Positions 1 through 9,452 of a stretch of DNA of 64,000 bases are shown here, piece after piece. Positions within the stretch are counted from its first letter, which is position 1; each line of letters starts with the position of its first letter. Both the position numbers and the translations under genes were made by a program. The notes beneath the pieces are model-generated. The model did no database searches, was not told the DNA's origin, and saw only the letters and a list, made by a program, of their open reading frames with translations. The stretch covers positions 22,292-86,291 of IMG/VR virus record IMGVR_UViG_3300045996_000607; one strand, written 5' to 3'. The stretch comes from a virus.

Positions 1-10
1 GGAGTGAAGG

Positions 11-685
11 TCATGCTGCCTTCCTTTCGGTATGCACGATCATGCCGGGGATGGTGACGGGACCGCGCTTGCCTTCGAGGGCCGCGAGTTCGTCAAAGAA
101 CCGCTGGCATTCGTCACGGCGCTGCGCCCACGCCCAGCGGGCGAATGCGGTATAGTCGGTGACTTCAGCGCGGTAGCTGGTGCGCAGTCCCGTAGCCGAG
201 CGGTCAATCTTGTTGGCGACAGCCGTGAGCTTTTTGGCGGTTGCAAGGTCCTGCTCCGCGGAAAATCTCTCCTGAAGATCATCGGAGGATTGCAGCGCGG
301 CCAGCGCCGCCTGCTGGCGGGCATCGGCTTCCTCACGAGCCACGCGCGCGGCCTCATCCTTCGCCTTCTGCCTGGCCGTGCGGTACGGTGTCAGCAGCCG
401 CTTGATCGTTTCGGCCGCCATATCGCAGCGATCCAGAAGCGGCTTGTATTTCGCCTGCACAGCCTTGGCGGCGTCATCATGCGGGCGCTTCTCCTCGACA
501 CGATCGGCATCCGCCGCCTTGCGGGCTTCCCGAACATCGTCCAGCAGCTTGTCGAGGGTGGCCTCCTGTTCGTCGTTCGACACCTCGCCTCCGGCAACGG
601 TGTCCGAAATGAGAGCGAACAGGTCCTCGATGTGGATGGCGTGCCCCTCCGCTTTCGGGGGGTGGTTGTGACCAATGCCGGTCAT
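11..685 (-). CDS. Coiled-coil phage protein of the recombination region (homolog of 47628-48332)
   Basis: GHNHPP..H..HIEDL N-terminus and IPG..I..E.KAA C-terminus shared with the phage B gene upstream of the annealase. Confidence 0.75.
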   Translation of the reverse strand: MTGIGHNHPPKAEGHAIHIEDLFALISDTVAGGEVSNDEQEATLDKLLDDVREARKAADADRVEEKRPHDDAAKAVQAKYKPLLDRCDMAAETIKRLLTPYRTARQKAKDEAARVAREEADARQQAALAALQSSDDLQERFSAEQDLATAKKLTAVANKIDRSATGLRTSYRAEVTDYTAFARWAWAQRRDECQRFFDELAALEGKRGPVTIPGMIVHTERKAA

Positions 686-873
686 GCGGTCCTCCAGTAT
701 CCAAGGCGGCGCTCAAGCATCTCGATCGCGCGTTCCGTCGTTTTGCCGGCGCCGAGCTGGACCGGGTGAAGCCGGCTCAACTGGCACTCGGCTTCGAACC
801 AGCCATCGGGCAGCTGCCGAGTGGTGATCGCGCCGAACGCAGGCGCCGTGTCGAAGCGTGCCGGCGCGTTCAC
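682..873 (-). CDS. Small early hypothetical protein
   Basis: 4-bp overlap coupling with both neighbours. Confidence 0.55.
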   Translation of the reverse strand: MNAPARFDTAPAFGAITTRQLPDGWFEAECQLSRLHPVQLGAGKTTERAIEMLERRLGYWRTA

Positions 874-1052
874 GACGCAGGCCTTTCGATTGCGGTGTCG
901 ACCCGCGCCCGAAACGCAGCCAGGTCGCGCTCCATTTCCTCGATGCAGCGGCGCTGCCAGTCATCGAACACGAAGCCGGGACCGTCGCTGGCATAGGTGC
1001 CAAGCGTGCGCGCAGTGTCGCGGGCGTGGGCGATTGCGGGGTCGACAGGCAT
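870..1052 (-). CDS. Small early hypothetical protein (MPVDPAIAH...)
   Basis: Start trimmed to ATG 1052, coupled to the upstream stop. Confidence 0.55.
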   Translation of the reverse strand: MPVDPAIAHARDTARTLGTYASDGPGFVFDDWQRRCIEEMERDLAAFRARVDTAIERPAS

Positions 1053-1164
1053 TAGAAGCCTCCAATCCAGCGAAGGATGAGATAGACGGGAACCGCTACG
1101 ACAATGCCGAGACCAGCAAGCTCTCCAGCGCTCCATTGCGGTGCGGCGTTTGCGCGAGCGGCGG

Positions 1165-1416
1165 TCACGAGACGCGCTCCTGCTGAGCCGGATACACACC
1201 CGTCTCGAGCCAGATGCGGGCAGCACGTTCGGCACGGTCCTTCTGCGAATACCGGCTCTCGGAACCCTCTGCCGGCGCGTATCCGCCGACACCCTGCCCC
1301 CAGATGCGCAGACGCCAGTTGAGCGGGGTCTTGAGCCATGACTGCGCATGGTCGACCACTGCGAACCGGGTTGGCTTGGCTTCAGCCTGTACGATGGGCT
1401 GCTCAAGCATCGTCAC
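1165..1416 (-). CDS. Early hypothetical protein
   Basis: In the leftward operon, overlaps its neighbours. Confidence 0.5.
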   Translation of the reverse strand: MTMLEQPIVQAEAKPTRFAVVDHAQSWLKTPLNWRLRIWGQGVGGYAPAEGSESRYSQKDRAERAARIWLETGVYPAQQERVS

Positions 1417-1792
1417 CTCCCGCGTTGGATGCGGGGGTGCGGGCGCTTCGGAGGTAAGCGGCGTGGCTACGATAGGTGTTTGCCGTGCGCTCGTAATGCT
1501 CCTGCAGGCCGCGCAACGCCCTCGCCAATGTCACGTCGCCGTTCTCATGAAGGAACCGTGCGCGGGTGCCGTATCCAGCGCTCTTTGCCTTATACCAAGG
1601 CTGATCGCGCACCATGGATCGCTCAACACACAAGGTTGAGAGGCGATTGAACCCGCTCGATTGAATGCCAGTAGCGAAGAGCTTCACGGCATCTTTCGAT
1701 GCGCGATGCACGGTCCAGTTATAACCCGGCATGATCTTGACCAGTTCGGCCCGGAAATCGTCCGCGGTGAACGGCTTGTCCTGCTTAGCCAT
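1403..1792 (-). CDS. Early hypothetical protein (MAKQDKPF...)
   Basis: Start trimmed to ATG 1792 after a GG-rich RBS. Confidence 0.65.
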   Translation of the reverse strand: MAKQDKPFTADDFRAELVKIMPGYNWTVHRASKDAVKLFATGIQSSGFNRLSTLCVERSMVRDQPWYKAKSAGYGTRARFLHENGDVTLARALRGLQEHYERTANTYRSHAAYLRSARTPASNAGGDDA

Positions 1793-2450
1793 GGTCCACC
1801 CCCTGCCCGGCGTCGGGCGTGAAGGCGGCGAGGATGGCGTCGGCAAGTTCAAAGCACTGCTGCTCGACGCGCTCAGGCACACATTCGAGGATGCGCTTTT
1901 CCCATTCGGCTTGCGTCCACGAGGCATTTGGAGGCCCACGGTGATCTAGACCGCTGCAAGTACCGAGGCCGTGCAGCGCGGCTATACGAGCAATCGCCTC
2001 CCGCCTGTCCGACGCGCTGGACGGTTGCGGGGCTGCGAGGGCTGCGCTGTTGCTTTCGCCCCAAGTATCAGCCTTGCCCTGCGTCGCGATGCGGACGACG
2101 CCATTGGTCGGCACGTCAGCAGGACGCCAGATGCATCCGCAACCATGGCACAGGTGCGAACGATGCGGCGGGTTCGACCCATCAGGCGTGCGCTCGTCGG
2201 GCTCGTCAATATGTTGGAGCCCACACTTCGGGCAGAACAGCAGCATATCGACCGGCGGAACCTCACTCCGGGGCGCGGCGGCGAAGGCGAGGGCGTCAGC
2301 GGCTTGCTTCACGATCGCCACCGCATCCTCGATCACATGCGGCTCGCTCTCGCATTGGAGGACGGCAACGACGTGCTCCCGCAACACCATGGGAAGGCGC
2401 TCAGGCTCTACATGCGCACGCTCGCGCGCATCGCTGTTATTGGTCGGCAT
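1785..2450 (-). CDS. Early hypothetical protein with Zn-ribbon-like CPKC/CHGC motifs
   Basis: LFCPKCGLQHID...HRSHLCHGCG; coupled within the operon. Confidence 0.65.
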   Translation of the reverse strand: MPTNNSDARERAHVEPERLPMVLREHVVAVLQCESEPHVIEDAVAIVKQAADALAFAAAPRSEVPPVDMLLFCPKCGLQHIDEPDERTPDGSNPPHRSHLCHGCGCIWRPADVPTNGVVRIATQGKADTWGESNSAALAAPQPSSASDRREAIARIAALHGLGTCSGLDHRGPPNASWTQAEWEKRILECVPERVEQQCFELADAILAAFTPDAGQGVDHG

Positions 2451-2919
2451 GGTCAGCGTCCTTCATGAAGACGATCCAGTGCGTCTTGGCCGCGCTTCCC
2501 GACCGGTGTCCGAACAACGGCTTCTCGGGCGTCATCGAAAGCACGGTCTTCACCGACACCCGATGCTCGTTCCATTTGAAGATCAGCGTTCCACCGGGGC
2601 GCAGGACGCGGAAGCATTCGGCAAATCCGGCCGTGATCTGCTCGCGCCAGCCGGGTTCTAGCCGCCCGTACTTCTGCGCCATTGCGCTATTCACACCATT
2701 GAAGGTGTGCGGCGGATCGAACACGACGAGAGAGAATGCGTCGTCTTCGAACGGCAGGTCAGTGAAGTCGCCGAGCACGTCGGGATTGACCACCACTTCG
2801 CGTCCGCGTGGATCGGTGCAGACCTCCCGCCGCTTGTCGAGAAAGAGTGCGCGCGCATCCTCCTTGTCGAACCAGAACATGCGCGAACCGCAGCAGGCGT
2901 CTAGAACACGCGCGCTCAT
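2437..2919 (-). CDS. SAM-dependent (probable DNA amino-) methyltransferase
   Basis: VLDACCGSRMFW SAM-binding motif and catalytic-type DPPH. Confidence 0.8.
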   Translation of the reverse strand: MSARVLDACCGSRMFWFDKEDARALFLDKRREVCTDPRGREVVVNPDVLGDFTDLPFEDDAFSLVVFDPPHTFNGVNSAMAQKYGRLEPGWREQITAGFAECFRVLRPGGTLIFKWNEHRVSVKTVLSMTPEKPLFGHRSGSAAKTHWIVFMKDADHADQ

Positions 2920-3446
2920 CGCTCCCCCTCCCCGTTAGCGGCGGACAGGGCGGCGAGGGCCTGGGAAGCTATCTCCGCCTCTTCGCTGACCTCTTCAAAG
3001 TCGACGTATCCGCCCTCAAGATCGTACATGTCGCCGACGCGCTCGGTGCGCTTGCGTGTGCCGACCTCAACGATCCGCTCCAAGGCCTCCACAAGCTGCG
3101 CGTTATCCGGCACAGACGATGCCGGGGCTGCGAGGGCGTGTTGCGCCTCAAGCACCAACTCGGCCAGCCGATCGTGATTGATCGAAAGCGTGTTGCGCCG
3201 GTTCTTGCCGCCATCGGTCAAGGCAATGACGAAATCCTGCAACAGCCGACGCTCGACCCCCGCCGCCTGCTCTTTGGCGTGGGCGAGGCGGTGGCGGGCG
3301 AAGGCTTGAACCTCATCCTGATTATCGCACCGACCGGCCAAGATTGACGCGCACCAACCAGCAGCCAGTGAACCGTTCTGCGCGTACACCAGCTTTTCAG
3401 CGGCTTCGCGGTCGGCTTGGATTACGGATGCTAGTTCGCGTGTCAT
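2916..3446 (-). CDS. Early hypothetical protein with DR..A/VQAFARHR domain
   Basis: Domain repeated at 43404 and 49884; ATGA coupling. Confidence 0.6.
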   Translation of the reverse strand: MTRELASVIQADREAAEKLVYAQNGSLAAGWCASILAGRCDNQDEVQAFARHRLAHAKEQAAGVERRLLQDFVIALTDGGKNRRNTLSINHDRLAELVLEAQHALAAPASSVPDNAQLVEALERIVEVGTRKRTERVGDMYDLEGGYVDFEEVSEEAEIASQALAALSAANGEGER

Positions 3447-3754
3447 GCGCCGCGCTCTGACGCTCTGAGGATCGCCCGCCATTGATGCGTGCAGGTGCCG
3501 CCAGCCGTGCAGTTGACGAGAACTGCGGCAGGGGTGTCAGCGCCGAACGCTGGTGGAACGGGCTTTCTTGTGTGGTGCAGAACGTGGTGCCTGCATCGCG
3601 GGCAAGTTCGCGCGATCATGGTATCTCGCTCGCCCGCCGGGGTCGCGGTCTGCGGATCGGGGGTGTGAGCGGTGGGCGATGGGTAGCCGTGCTCCATCCA
3701 AAGGCGGCAATCTTCGTCACCGCAAATGCAGGGCGATGTTTGCTCCCCCATCAC
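3443..3754 (-). CDS. Early hypothetical Cys-rich protein
   Basis: ATGA coupling on both sides. Confidence 0.5.
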   Translation of the reverse strand: MMGEQTSPCICGDEDCRLWMEHGYPSPTAHTPDPQTATPAGERDTMIARTCPRCRHHVLHHTRKPVPPAFGADTPAAVLVNCTAGGTCTHQWRAILRASERGA

Positions 3755-4278
3755 TCGGCCTCCGATTGCTGGAGGGCGGCGCGGGCTGCGTCCCGATAAG
3801 TCACCACCGGATCGCGGCGACGACGCAGGCGGAACAGGCGCGCGATGGCCCTAAGCCAGAAGCCACCAGCGTCCTCATCGACCGACTGGCCCTTGCGTAG
3901 CTCATCCTGAAAGGCGTTGATCTCGGGCCATCCCATGCGGTCAATCGCGTCGGCGATTACCCGCTGCTCGAAGGTCATCGACTTGTGCCGACGCTCACCT
4001 TCGAACCGCTCGCGTTCGCAGCATTCGACCTGGAATACACTGCTGTCGAATGAGGGGTTGTCGGTCCAGATGCCAGATGGGCGATCACCGATGCCAGCCG
4101 GCCACATGACCCGATCCTCATGCTCAGCCTCGTAGGCGTCGCAGATTTCGGCAATCAGACTGACAAGGCGCTGCTGGTGCTCGCTCGATAGCTGGACGGG
4201 CTCGGGGAATATGACCTCGATCAGCGAGACGCCCTGAGGCCCACCCGCTTGCTGGCTCAATGCGGGGGTGGCGCTCAT
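3751..4278 (-). CDS. Early hypothetical protein
   Basis: ATGA coupling on both sides. Confidence 0.6.
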   Translation of the reverse strand: MSATPALSQQAGGPQGVSLIEVIFPEPVQLSSEHQQRLVSLIAEICDAYEAEHEDRVMWPAGIGDRPSGIWTDNPSFDSSVFQVECCERERFEGERRHKSMTFEQRVIADAIDRMGWPEINAFQDELRKGQSVDEDAGGFWLRAIARLFRLRRRRDPVVTYRDAARAALQQSEAE

Positions 4279-4493
4279 TGCGACACCACGCGGTAGGCGA
4301 TGATGTCGTGATCGGGTTTGAAGCCGTTCGGAGCGCGACCCTGCGACAGGTGCTGCCAGTGATAGACATGCGCCTCATTGTTCAGGCCGATGTGTTCGAC
4401 GCCATCGCGGAAGCGGACATCGACACGCGCATCCAGAGCAACCGGGCATTCCCCGCCCGCCCACTCGATCCACTCGTTTTCGGAATTCGACAT
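4275..4493 (-). CDS. Small phage protein, WIEWxGGECP...IIAYR family
   Basis: GGAGG RBS upstream; motif common in phage early genes. Confidence 0.7.
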   Translation of the reverse strand: MSNSENEWIEWAGGECPVALDARVDVRFRDGVEHIGLNNEAHVYHWQHLSQGRAPNGFKPDHDIIAYRVVSQ

Positions 4494-4529
4494 GTTTGCC
4501 TCCGCAGCGGGTGTCGCTGTTGATTTGAG

Positions 4530-5102
4530 TTAGTTGCTTGATCGAGAGCGGCGGGCTTGGACCCGCTCGTTGTGGCAAGTGATGCAGCGGCGGCGCCCAT
4601 GGTCGCTTTTCCAGCGCGGCTGACCCTCGTAAGCGTGGCCGCGGCTGCAGAGGTCCGGGCTCGCCCCGTGGCCGGTCCCGCGCGGCGAGCGATACGCTGG
4701 CATCAGGTCGCGAAGAGCAACCCGCAGCAAGGCGAGCGCAGTCGCATGAAGGCGGCTGGCATCGATGTTCTGCGAGCGACCCTTCGCAACCCGATCGGCA
4801 GTGTTGCCGGCGTGCGTTCCGAGCCAAAGGTGATCAGGATTGACGCATGCCGGATTGTCGCAGGAGTGGCAGACAATCATGCCCTCGGGCACGGGAGAGC
4901 CGTTTGAGAGCTCCCAAGCCACTCGGTGAGCGAGCGTGCTTTTCCGGCGCCTCTCGATGACGCCGTAGCCCCACGCGTTCACGCGGCCGACCCAGACATG
5001 GCACTCGATGCCAGTGTCGCGGCAAACGTGGAGTTGGAAGTCTTCGGGGGTTACCGACTGTAACACGATATGCCTCCCGCCGGTCATCGGCGTTGAAGGC
5101 AT
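4530..5102 (-). CDS. HNH endonuclease (HNH_3-like); start uncertain
   Basis: AHRVAW...[16 protein letters not shown]...N..D motif and C-terminal CSRGH/CITC. Confidence 0.8.
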   Translation of the reverse strand: MPSTPMTGGRHIVLQSVTPEDFQLHVCRDTGIECHVWVGRVNAWGYGVIERRRKSTLAHRVAWELSNGSPVPEGMIVCHSCDNPACVNPDHLWLGTHAGNTADRVAKGRSQNIDASRLHATALALLRVALRDLMPAYRSPRGTGHGASPDLCSRGHAYEGQPRWKSDHGRRRCITCHNERVQARRSRSSN

Positions 5103-5103
5103 A

Positions 5104-5152
5104 TTGCGACTATCGCAACTTTAGGTCAAGCGGGAAATTGCGATTGTCGCAA
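5104..5152. promoter_or_regulatory. Phage A left operators (OL): two 15-bp palindromes
   Basis: TTGCGACTATCGCAA (5104-5118) and TTGCGATTGTCGCAA (5138-5152). Confidence 0.8.
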
Positions 5153-5157
5153 TTATT

Positions 5158-5724
5158 TTAGAGGTCGGTCACTTTTTTGCGGACTCGACCGATTACCTCG
5201 ATGGGTTCTTCGCCAAGGTAGATCGCCTTATGCTCGTCGCTGGTCGAGCAGGGCTCAAGGCGCGCGGGCGCTTCCATGTACCGCTTGAAGGTGGTTTCCC
5301 CCTCGCTGTTGCGGATCACATAGAGCTTGCCTGCGACCAGGTGCCGATCGCGCGGCTCAACGATGATGTCCTCGCCCTCGCGCGCAATCAGATCCATGGA
5401 GTTGCCCGACACGCGAACGACAAAAGCGTCCTCGCTTAGACCGGCGTCCGGGCTGGGCATCCAGCCAATCACGCTTTCGAAGCCTTCGCGCCATGCGCCC
5501 GCAGCGACCAATCCGACGATCGGAAGCCGCCGCGAAGGCGGCAGTGCCGCAGGGTCGGTGACGCCCAGAAACCGGCGCAACAGATCCGTCTCCGCGGCCG
5601 TAAGCTTGCGGGTTCCCTTGAGCACCTTGGAGAACTTGTCAGGCGTGAGGCCAAGCACCTCCGCAGCATCCTTCTGCTTGGTGCCTCGCTCTTTGAGGAG
5701 CGCCCTAATGCCTTCGCCGTCCAT
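5158..5724 (-). CDS. CI-like repressor (HTH XRE + S24 peptidase), phage A
   Basis: HTH QKDAAEVLGLTPDKFSK; VAAG cleavage site; GNSM Ser and TFKR Lys; start trimmed to ATG 5724. Confidence 0.9.
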   Translation of the reverse strand: MDGEGIRALLKERGTKQKDAAEVLGLTPDKFSKVLKGTRKLTAAETDLLRRFLGVTDPAALPPSRRLPIVGLVAAGAWREGFESVIGWMPSPDAGLSEDAFVVRVSGNSMDLIAREGEDIIVEPRDRHLVAGKLYVIRNSEGETTFKRYMEAPARLEPCSTSDEHKAIYLGEEPIEVIGRVRKKVTDL

Positions 5725-5743
5725 AGCGGCATCAAAATCAAAC

Positions 5744-5807
5744 TCGCGATCATAGCAATTGCCGATATCGCAAGTTTTTCCTTGCATTGAAATTGCGATT
5801 GTCGCAA
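5744..5807. promoter_or_regulatory. Phage A right operators (OR): three sites between cI and cro
   Basis: 5793-5807 TTGCGATTGTCGCAA plus degenerate copies at 5744-5758 and 5759-5773. Confidence 0.75.
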
Positions 5808-5817
5808 CTTGCGGGGT

Positions 5818-6045
5818 ATGGAAACCCGCGCCGCTGATCTGATCGACGCCCTTGGGGGCACGTCCGCCGTAGCTCGAATGACGGAGGCACCAACCTCCAC
5901 CGTCCATAGCTGGCGGAAGAACGGGATACCGCAATCCCGGCTCGCGCATCTGAGGCTGGTAGCTCAAGTTGCGAAACCCGAGCTGGATTTTGACGCACTC
6001 GCGGTTGGCGTTCTGCCAACTGATATTGAAGCGAGAGCGGCATGA
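5818..6045 (+). CDS. Cro-like HTH protein, phage A
   Basis: IDALGGTSAVAR...STVHSWRKNGIP; divergent from cI. Confidence 0.85.
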   Translation: METRAADLIDALGGTSAVARMTEAPTSTVHSWRKNGIPQSRLAHLRLVAQVAKPELDFDALAVGVLPTDIEARAA

Positions 6046-6295
6046 TCCGCATTCGAGTGAGCGCCTTTCATCTCGACCGCACTCCCAAATGTGGGCACGG
6101 GCGCGTGTACTGCGCGGCTTGCGGGTTTAACCCTTTTGAGCAGAGCCGGGGCAATATTGAGCGCTCGACAATAACCCATGTCAATGGGCCAGCGACAACA
6201 AATGATGGTTGTTCAGTAGTTTCCCTTACCGACCTGAGAGACTGCAACTCAAACAGCGCTGTCATCTGCGACGAGCATTCAAAGGCGGTGCTGTC

Positions 6296-6451
6296 GTGAC
6301 GTACCCCGGCCAGCGCCCCACCCCCTACGTCGCCCCCCGTCATCGCCGCCGCCGCGTGCCGTGGCTCGCGATCATCTGGCTGTCTGCGTTGGTTGCATGG
6401 CCGGTCGTGGAGATCGCGGTGGACTGGTTCTCGCGCGGTGGTGCGCTGTGA
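6296..6451 (+). CDS. Small membrane protein (homolog of 51599-51811)
   Basis: Single hydrophobic helix ending in VEIAxDW in both phages. Confidence 0.55.
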   Translation: MTYPGQRPTPYVAPRHRRRRVPWLAIIWLSALVAWPVVEIAVDWFSRGGAL

Positions 6452-7062
6452 GCGCTTGGGAAGCCCCCGGCGCCACTGACGAGTGGTATACGCCCAAGGC
6501 CGTCTTCGACGCGCTCGGGTGCGACTTCGACATGGATGTCGCTGCGCCCATGTGCATCCCCAGCTACATCGGCGATCGACTGCGCTGCACGACGCCGAGC
6601 GGTGGTCGCCGCTGGCTGTGGAAAGACAGCCTCGGAACCGAGTGGTCGGGCTTCGTCTGGATGAACCCACCCTTCGGCGGTCGCAACGGTCTGGTCCCGT
6701 GGCTCGACAAGTTCTTCCAGCACGCCAACGGCATCGCGCTCGTTCCGGACCGCACCAGTGCGCTGTGGTTCTGGGATGCATGGCTCAAGGCCGATGCTGT
6801 CCTGTTCACCCGCAAGATCCGCTTCCTCCGCCCCGACGGCACGGAAGGCAGACAGCCCAGCTGCGGCACCGCATTGCTCGCTGTCGGTCCTCAGGGTGTC
6901 CGCGCTCTCAACCGTGCCGCCGATTCCGGTTTCGGCATCCTCGCAACACCCTGCCCGCCAATGCGCCACGACACCACCGACCACCGCCTCCACACGGGCG
7001 GCAACTTCCTCGGGGCTGATCAGGGCGGCGGGTTCATTCATCTTGGGAGTGCTTGTAAGTGA
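6448..7062 (+). CDS. Phage DNA N6-adenine methyltransferase (Dam-like)
   Basis: DEWYTP, FDMDVAA and WMNPPF motifs; start trimmed to GTG 6448. Confidence 0.85.
   Translation: MSAWEAPGATDEWYTPKAVFDALGCDFDMDVAAPMCIPSYIGDRLRCTTPSGGRRWLWKDSLGTEWSGFVWMNPPFGGRNGLVPWLDKFFQHANGIALVPDRTSALWFWDAWLKADAVLFTRKIRFLRPDGTEGRQPSCGTALLAVGPQGVRALNRAADSGFGILATPCPPMRHDTTDHRLHTGGNFLGADQGGGFIHLGSACK
6983..7045 (+). repeat. Shared linker L0 (copy at 51878-51940)
   Basis: 63-bp near-identical sequence just upstream of the CII-like gene in both phages. Confidence 0.85.
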
Positions 7063-7535
7063 GCAACTGCAGCAATGATGTCCAAAGCTCGCCCGTCGTG
7101 TCGGACGAACGTTTGCGGGACATTCTCCGCAAGGATCTCCACCGCGCGTTCAACGTGGACCACACGTTCACGCGCAAATCGTTGGCCGAAGATAGCGGCG
7201 TAAACATCTACCAGATCGACCAGATCATGTCGCGCGACGCTGGGAAAAAGCGTCGGGTCGCCATTGAGGACGCGTTCTCGCTGGCCCTCTCTCTGGGAGA
7301 TCGCACGATCGGGAAACTGATCGCGGCGCTAGGTTATGTCGGCCAGCCCGCAGACGAAGTCGTTCACAGCCAGCCGATGCAAATCGTGGCGAACGGCATG
7401 AAGCACTTCGCTATCATCGCCAACGCTGCCGCTGACAACCGCATCGACCACACGGAAGAGCGCATCACCACGGAAGCAGCGGATGCGCTGATTGCGGAGA
7501 TCCTGCCGCTGTCGAGCGCGGGGAAGTCGGCATGA
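7059..7535 (+). CDS. CII-like regulator, phage A
   Basis: Position after cro; HTH-like LAEDSGVNIYQI; C-terminal ADNRIDHTE. Confidence 0.6.
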   Translation: MSNCSNDVQSSPVVSDERLRDILRKDLHRAFNVDHTFTRKSLAEDSGVNIYQIDQIMSRDAGKKRRVAIEDAFSLALSLGDRTIGKLIAALGYVGQPADEVVHSQPMQIVANGMKHFAIIANAAADNRIDHTEERITTEAADALIAEILPLSSAGKSA

Positions 7536-8227
7536 GCGGCGTTGTCCTCTCACTGTTCCCGGGAATAGGCCTGTTGGATCAAGCCTTCGAGGAAGAGGGC
7601 TTTTGCGTCGTTCGCGGTCCCGATCTGCTGTGGGGCGGCGATATATGCGCCTTCCATCCCCCTGCGGGGGTCTTCGCCGGCATTATCGGCGGACCTCCCT
7701 GCCAAAGCTGGTCGGGGCTCGGGAACGTCAATCGTGCCCGGTGGGGCGACCAATGCATGATGCCCGACCGCATCCCGGAGTTCGCCCGGTGTGTGAATGA
7801 GGCCCAGCCTTACTGGTATCTCATGGAGAACGTCGCGGCTGCACCGGCTCCGGACACCCCGGGCTATTCGTCGGTGCAGCGTCTTTGCAACAACCGGTGG
7901 TGTGGCGGCGAGCAAAACCGCGAGAGGAAGTTCACCTTCGGCGCTCGCGTAGCCGTGGACGCCTTCCACATCGACGGAGAGGCCCTGCTCCCGGGGAATT
8001 ACAAGCCGGCCGTCATCAGCAGCGGGCAAGCCGGGAAAGGCGGCCACCGTGCCTCGATCGCCGACATGGCGAGGGACCAAGGATTAGACGCAGGCCGGTT
8101 CGTCAACAGCCCGTTCACGACCACAGAGCTTCGCCGCGCGATAGCGAACGGGGTGCCGATTCCGATGGGCCGCGCCGTTGCCCGAGCCGTCAATCGCTCA
8201 TTGGCTCAGCATAGGGCCGCAGCATGA
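7532..8227 (+). CDS. C5-cytosine DNA methyltransferase
   Basis: LSLFPGIG, GGPPCQ, MENV, QNRER and ANGV motifs. Confidence 0.9.
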   Translation: MSGVVLSLFPGIGLLDQAFEEEGFCVVRGPDLLWGGDICAFHPPAGVFAGIIGGPPCQSWSGLGNVNRARWGDQCMMPDRIPEFARCVNEAQPYWYLMENVAAAPAPDTPGYSSVQRLCNNRWCGGEQNRERKFTFGARVAVDAFHIDGEALLPGNYKPAVISSGQAGKGGHRASIADMARDQGLDAGRFVNSPFTTTELRRAIANGVPIPMGRAVARAVNRSLAQHRAAA

Positions 8228-8382
8228 CCGCCTCACCAGACTGGCGGGTCTACCACGCCCACATGCTCCACTGCGCCCGTCAGGCGAAGAAGCCCGTAGT
8301 CAAGGCGATGTGGCTGAACGGTGCCGCTCGAGCACGTCGCGAGATGCAGAAGGCCAAGACGCCGGTGCAGGGGAGCTTGTTC

Positions 8383-8429
8383 GCATGAGCCCCGTCGCAG
8401 CACCCGGCATCTACGCGCGCACGGCGGAG
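8383..8429 (+). repeat. Shared linker L1 (copy at 52592-52638)
   Basis: 47-bp identical GCATGAGCCCCGTCGCAGCACC...GGCGGAG. Confidence 0.9.
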
Positions 8430-8729
8430 CGCTTTCCGTACCTCTCGCACCGCACGGTTGACGAGACCGGATACAGCTCCGGCGACCTGTTCTGCACCCC
8501 TGATCACGTCAGCACCGTCCCTATCCTGATCGGCTTCGGGGCGCCTGACTGCTGGGAATTCCGCTTCATCATTCCGGGAGATGGCCGATGAGCCCTGACC
8601 TTGGCCGCCGTGAACGGATGGTGGCGATGTACCGCCGCGGTCTCGGCACGGAAGAAATCGCCGAGCAATTCAGTGTCCGGACGCCAGCCGTTCGACAGGC
8701 TCTGATCCGCGCCGGCGTCTACCAAACAC

Positions 8730-8758
8730 CCTGCATCGCACAACGGAGGAAGGGATGA
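8730..8758 (+). repeat. Shared linker L2 (copy at 52703-52731)
   Basis: 29-bp identical CCTGCATCGCACAACGGAGGAAGGGATGA containing RBS and start. Confidence 0.9.
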
Positions 8759-9318
8759 CGCGCACCTGTCTCGATTGCTCGGGCACGATCAGTACGCGCA
8801 ACCAGTCTGGGCGCTGCAGACGGTGCGTGATGCTGCACATGCAAGCCGATGCCGCCGTAGCTGCGCGTCGCCTTGCGAAGCTCAAATCCCCGGAAACGCG
8901 CGCGAAGAAGTCGGCTGCGGCCAGGCGAGCTGTGGCTGAAGGCAGGAACAATCCCGCTTGGGTAGAGAAGAAGCGGGCGTCCGGGGTCGGGCTCCAAAAG
9001 CTTCTCCACGGTTCCCCTGAGGCTAGGGCGCGGTGGCTGTCTGCGCGCGCGCGCCGGCTAGACTGGTGCCCCGCAGACCGGATGGAAGAGTATCGCGCCC
9101 TGCGCAAGAAGATCGGGGCGGGCGAGGCAAAGCGCCTGATCCTCGCCGACGTTGCCGCGAAGATCGCCGCGACCGAAGCCCGCCGCGTAGATGCGCTAAC
9201 ACCGCTTCAACGTCAGCTTGAGCGCCTACATGCAGGCGCGGCCCTTATCGAGAGGCCAAGCTTCCGCCGTGCTGACCACGCTTTCACACTAGGCGGTATC
9301 GCCTCGGGGTTGCTGTGA
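8755..9318 (+). CDS. Basic hypothetical protein with N-terminal CxxC..CxxC
   Basis: Strong RBS; occupies the slot that holds the DnaA-C gene in phage B. Confidence 0.65.
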   Translation: MTRTCLDCSGTISTRNQSGRCRRCVMLHMQADAAVAARRLAKLKSPETRAKKSAAARRAVAEGRNNPAWVEKKRASGVGLQKLLHGSPEARARWLSARARRLDWCPADRMEEYRALRKKIGAGEAKRLILADVAAKIAATEARRVDALTPLQRQLERLHAGAALIERPSFRRADHAFTLGGIASGLL

Positions 9319-9452
9319 TGGCTACGCTCGAGCTCACCACCGATCATATCGCGGCGTACATCGACGCACGCCTCGCGGCGCGCAAGCTGCTTCGTGAGGA
9401 CCGCCAGCGTGCAGCTCGCAAGGGCGTCGAGACGCGGAGGGCGCACGCATGA
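9318..9452 (+). CDS. Small conserved protein (AAYIDARLAARK), homolog of 53009-53149
   Basis: Not in the ORF track; conserved in both phages and translationally coupled. Confidence 0.65.
   Translation: MATLELTTDHIAAYIDARLAARKLLREDRQRAARKGVETRRAHA

Noticed and set aside
6042-6299. ORF after cro in phage A (either strand)
   Set aside because: Lower-GC insert with competing plus and minus ORFs and no motif; cannot decide which, if any, is real
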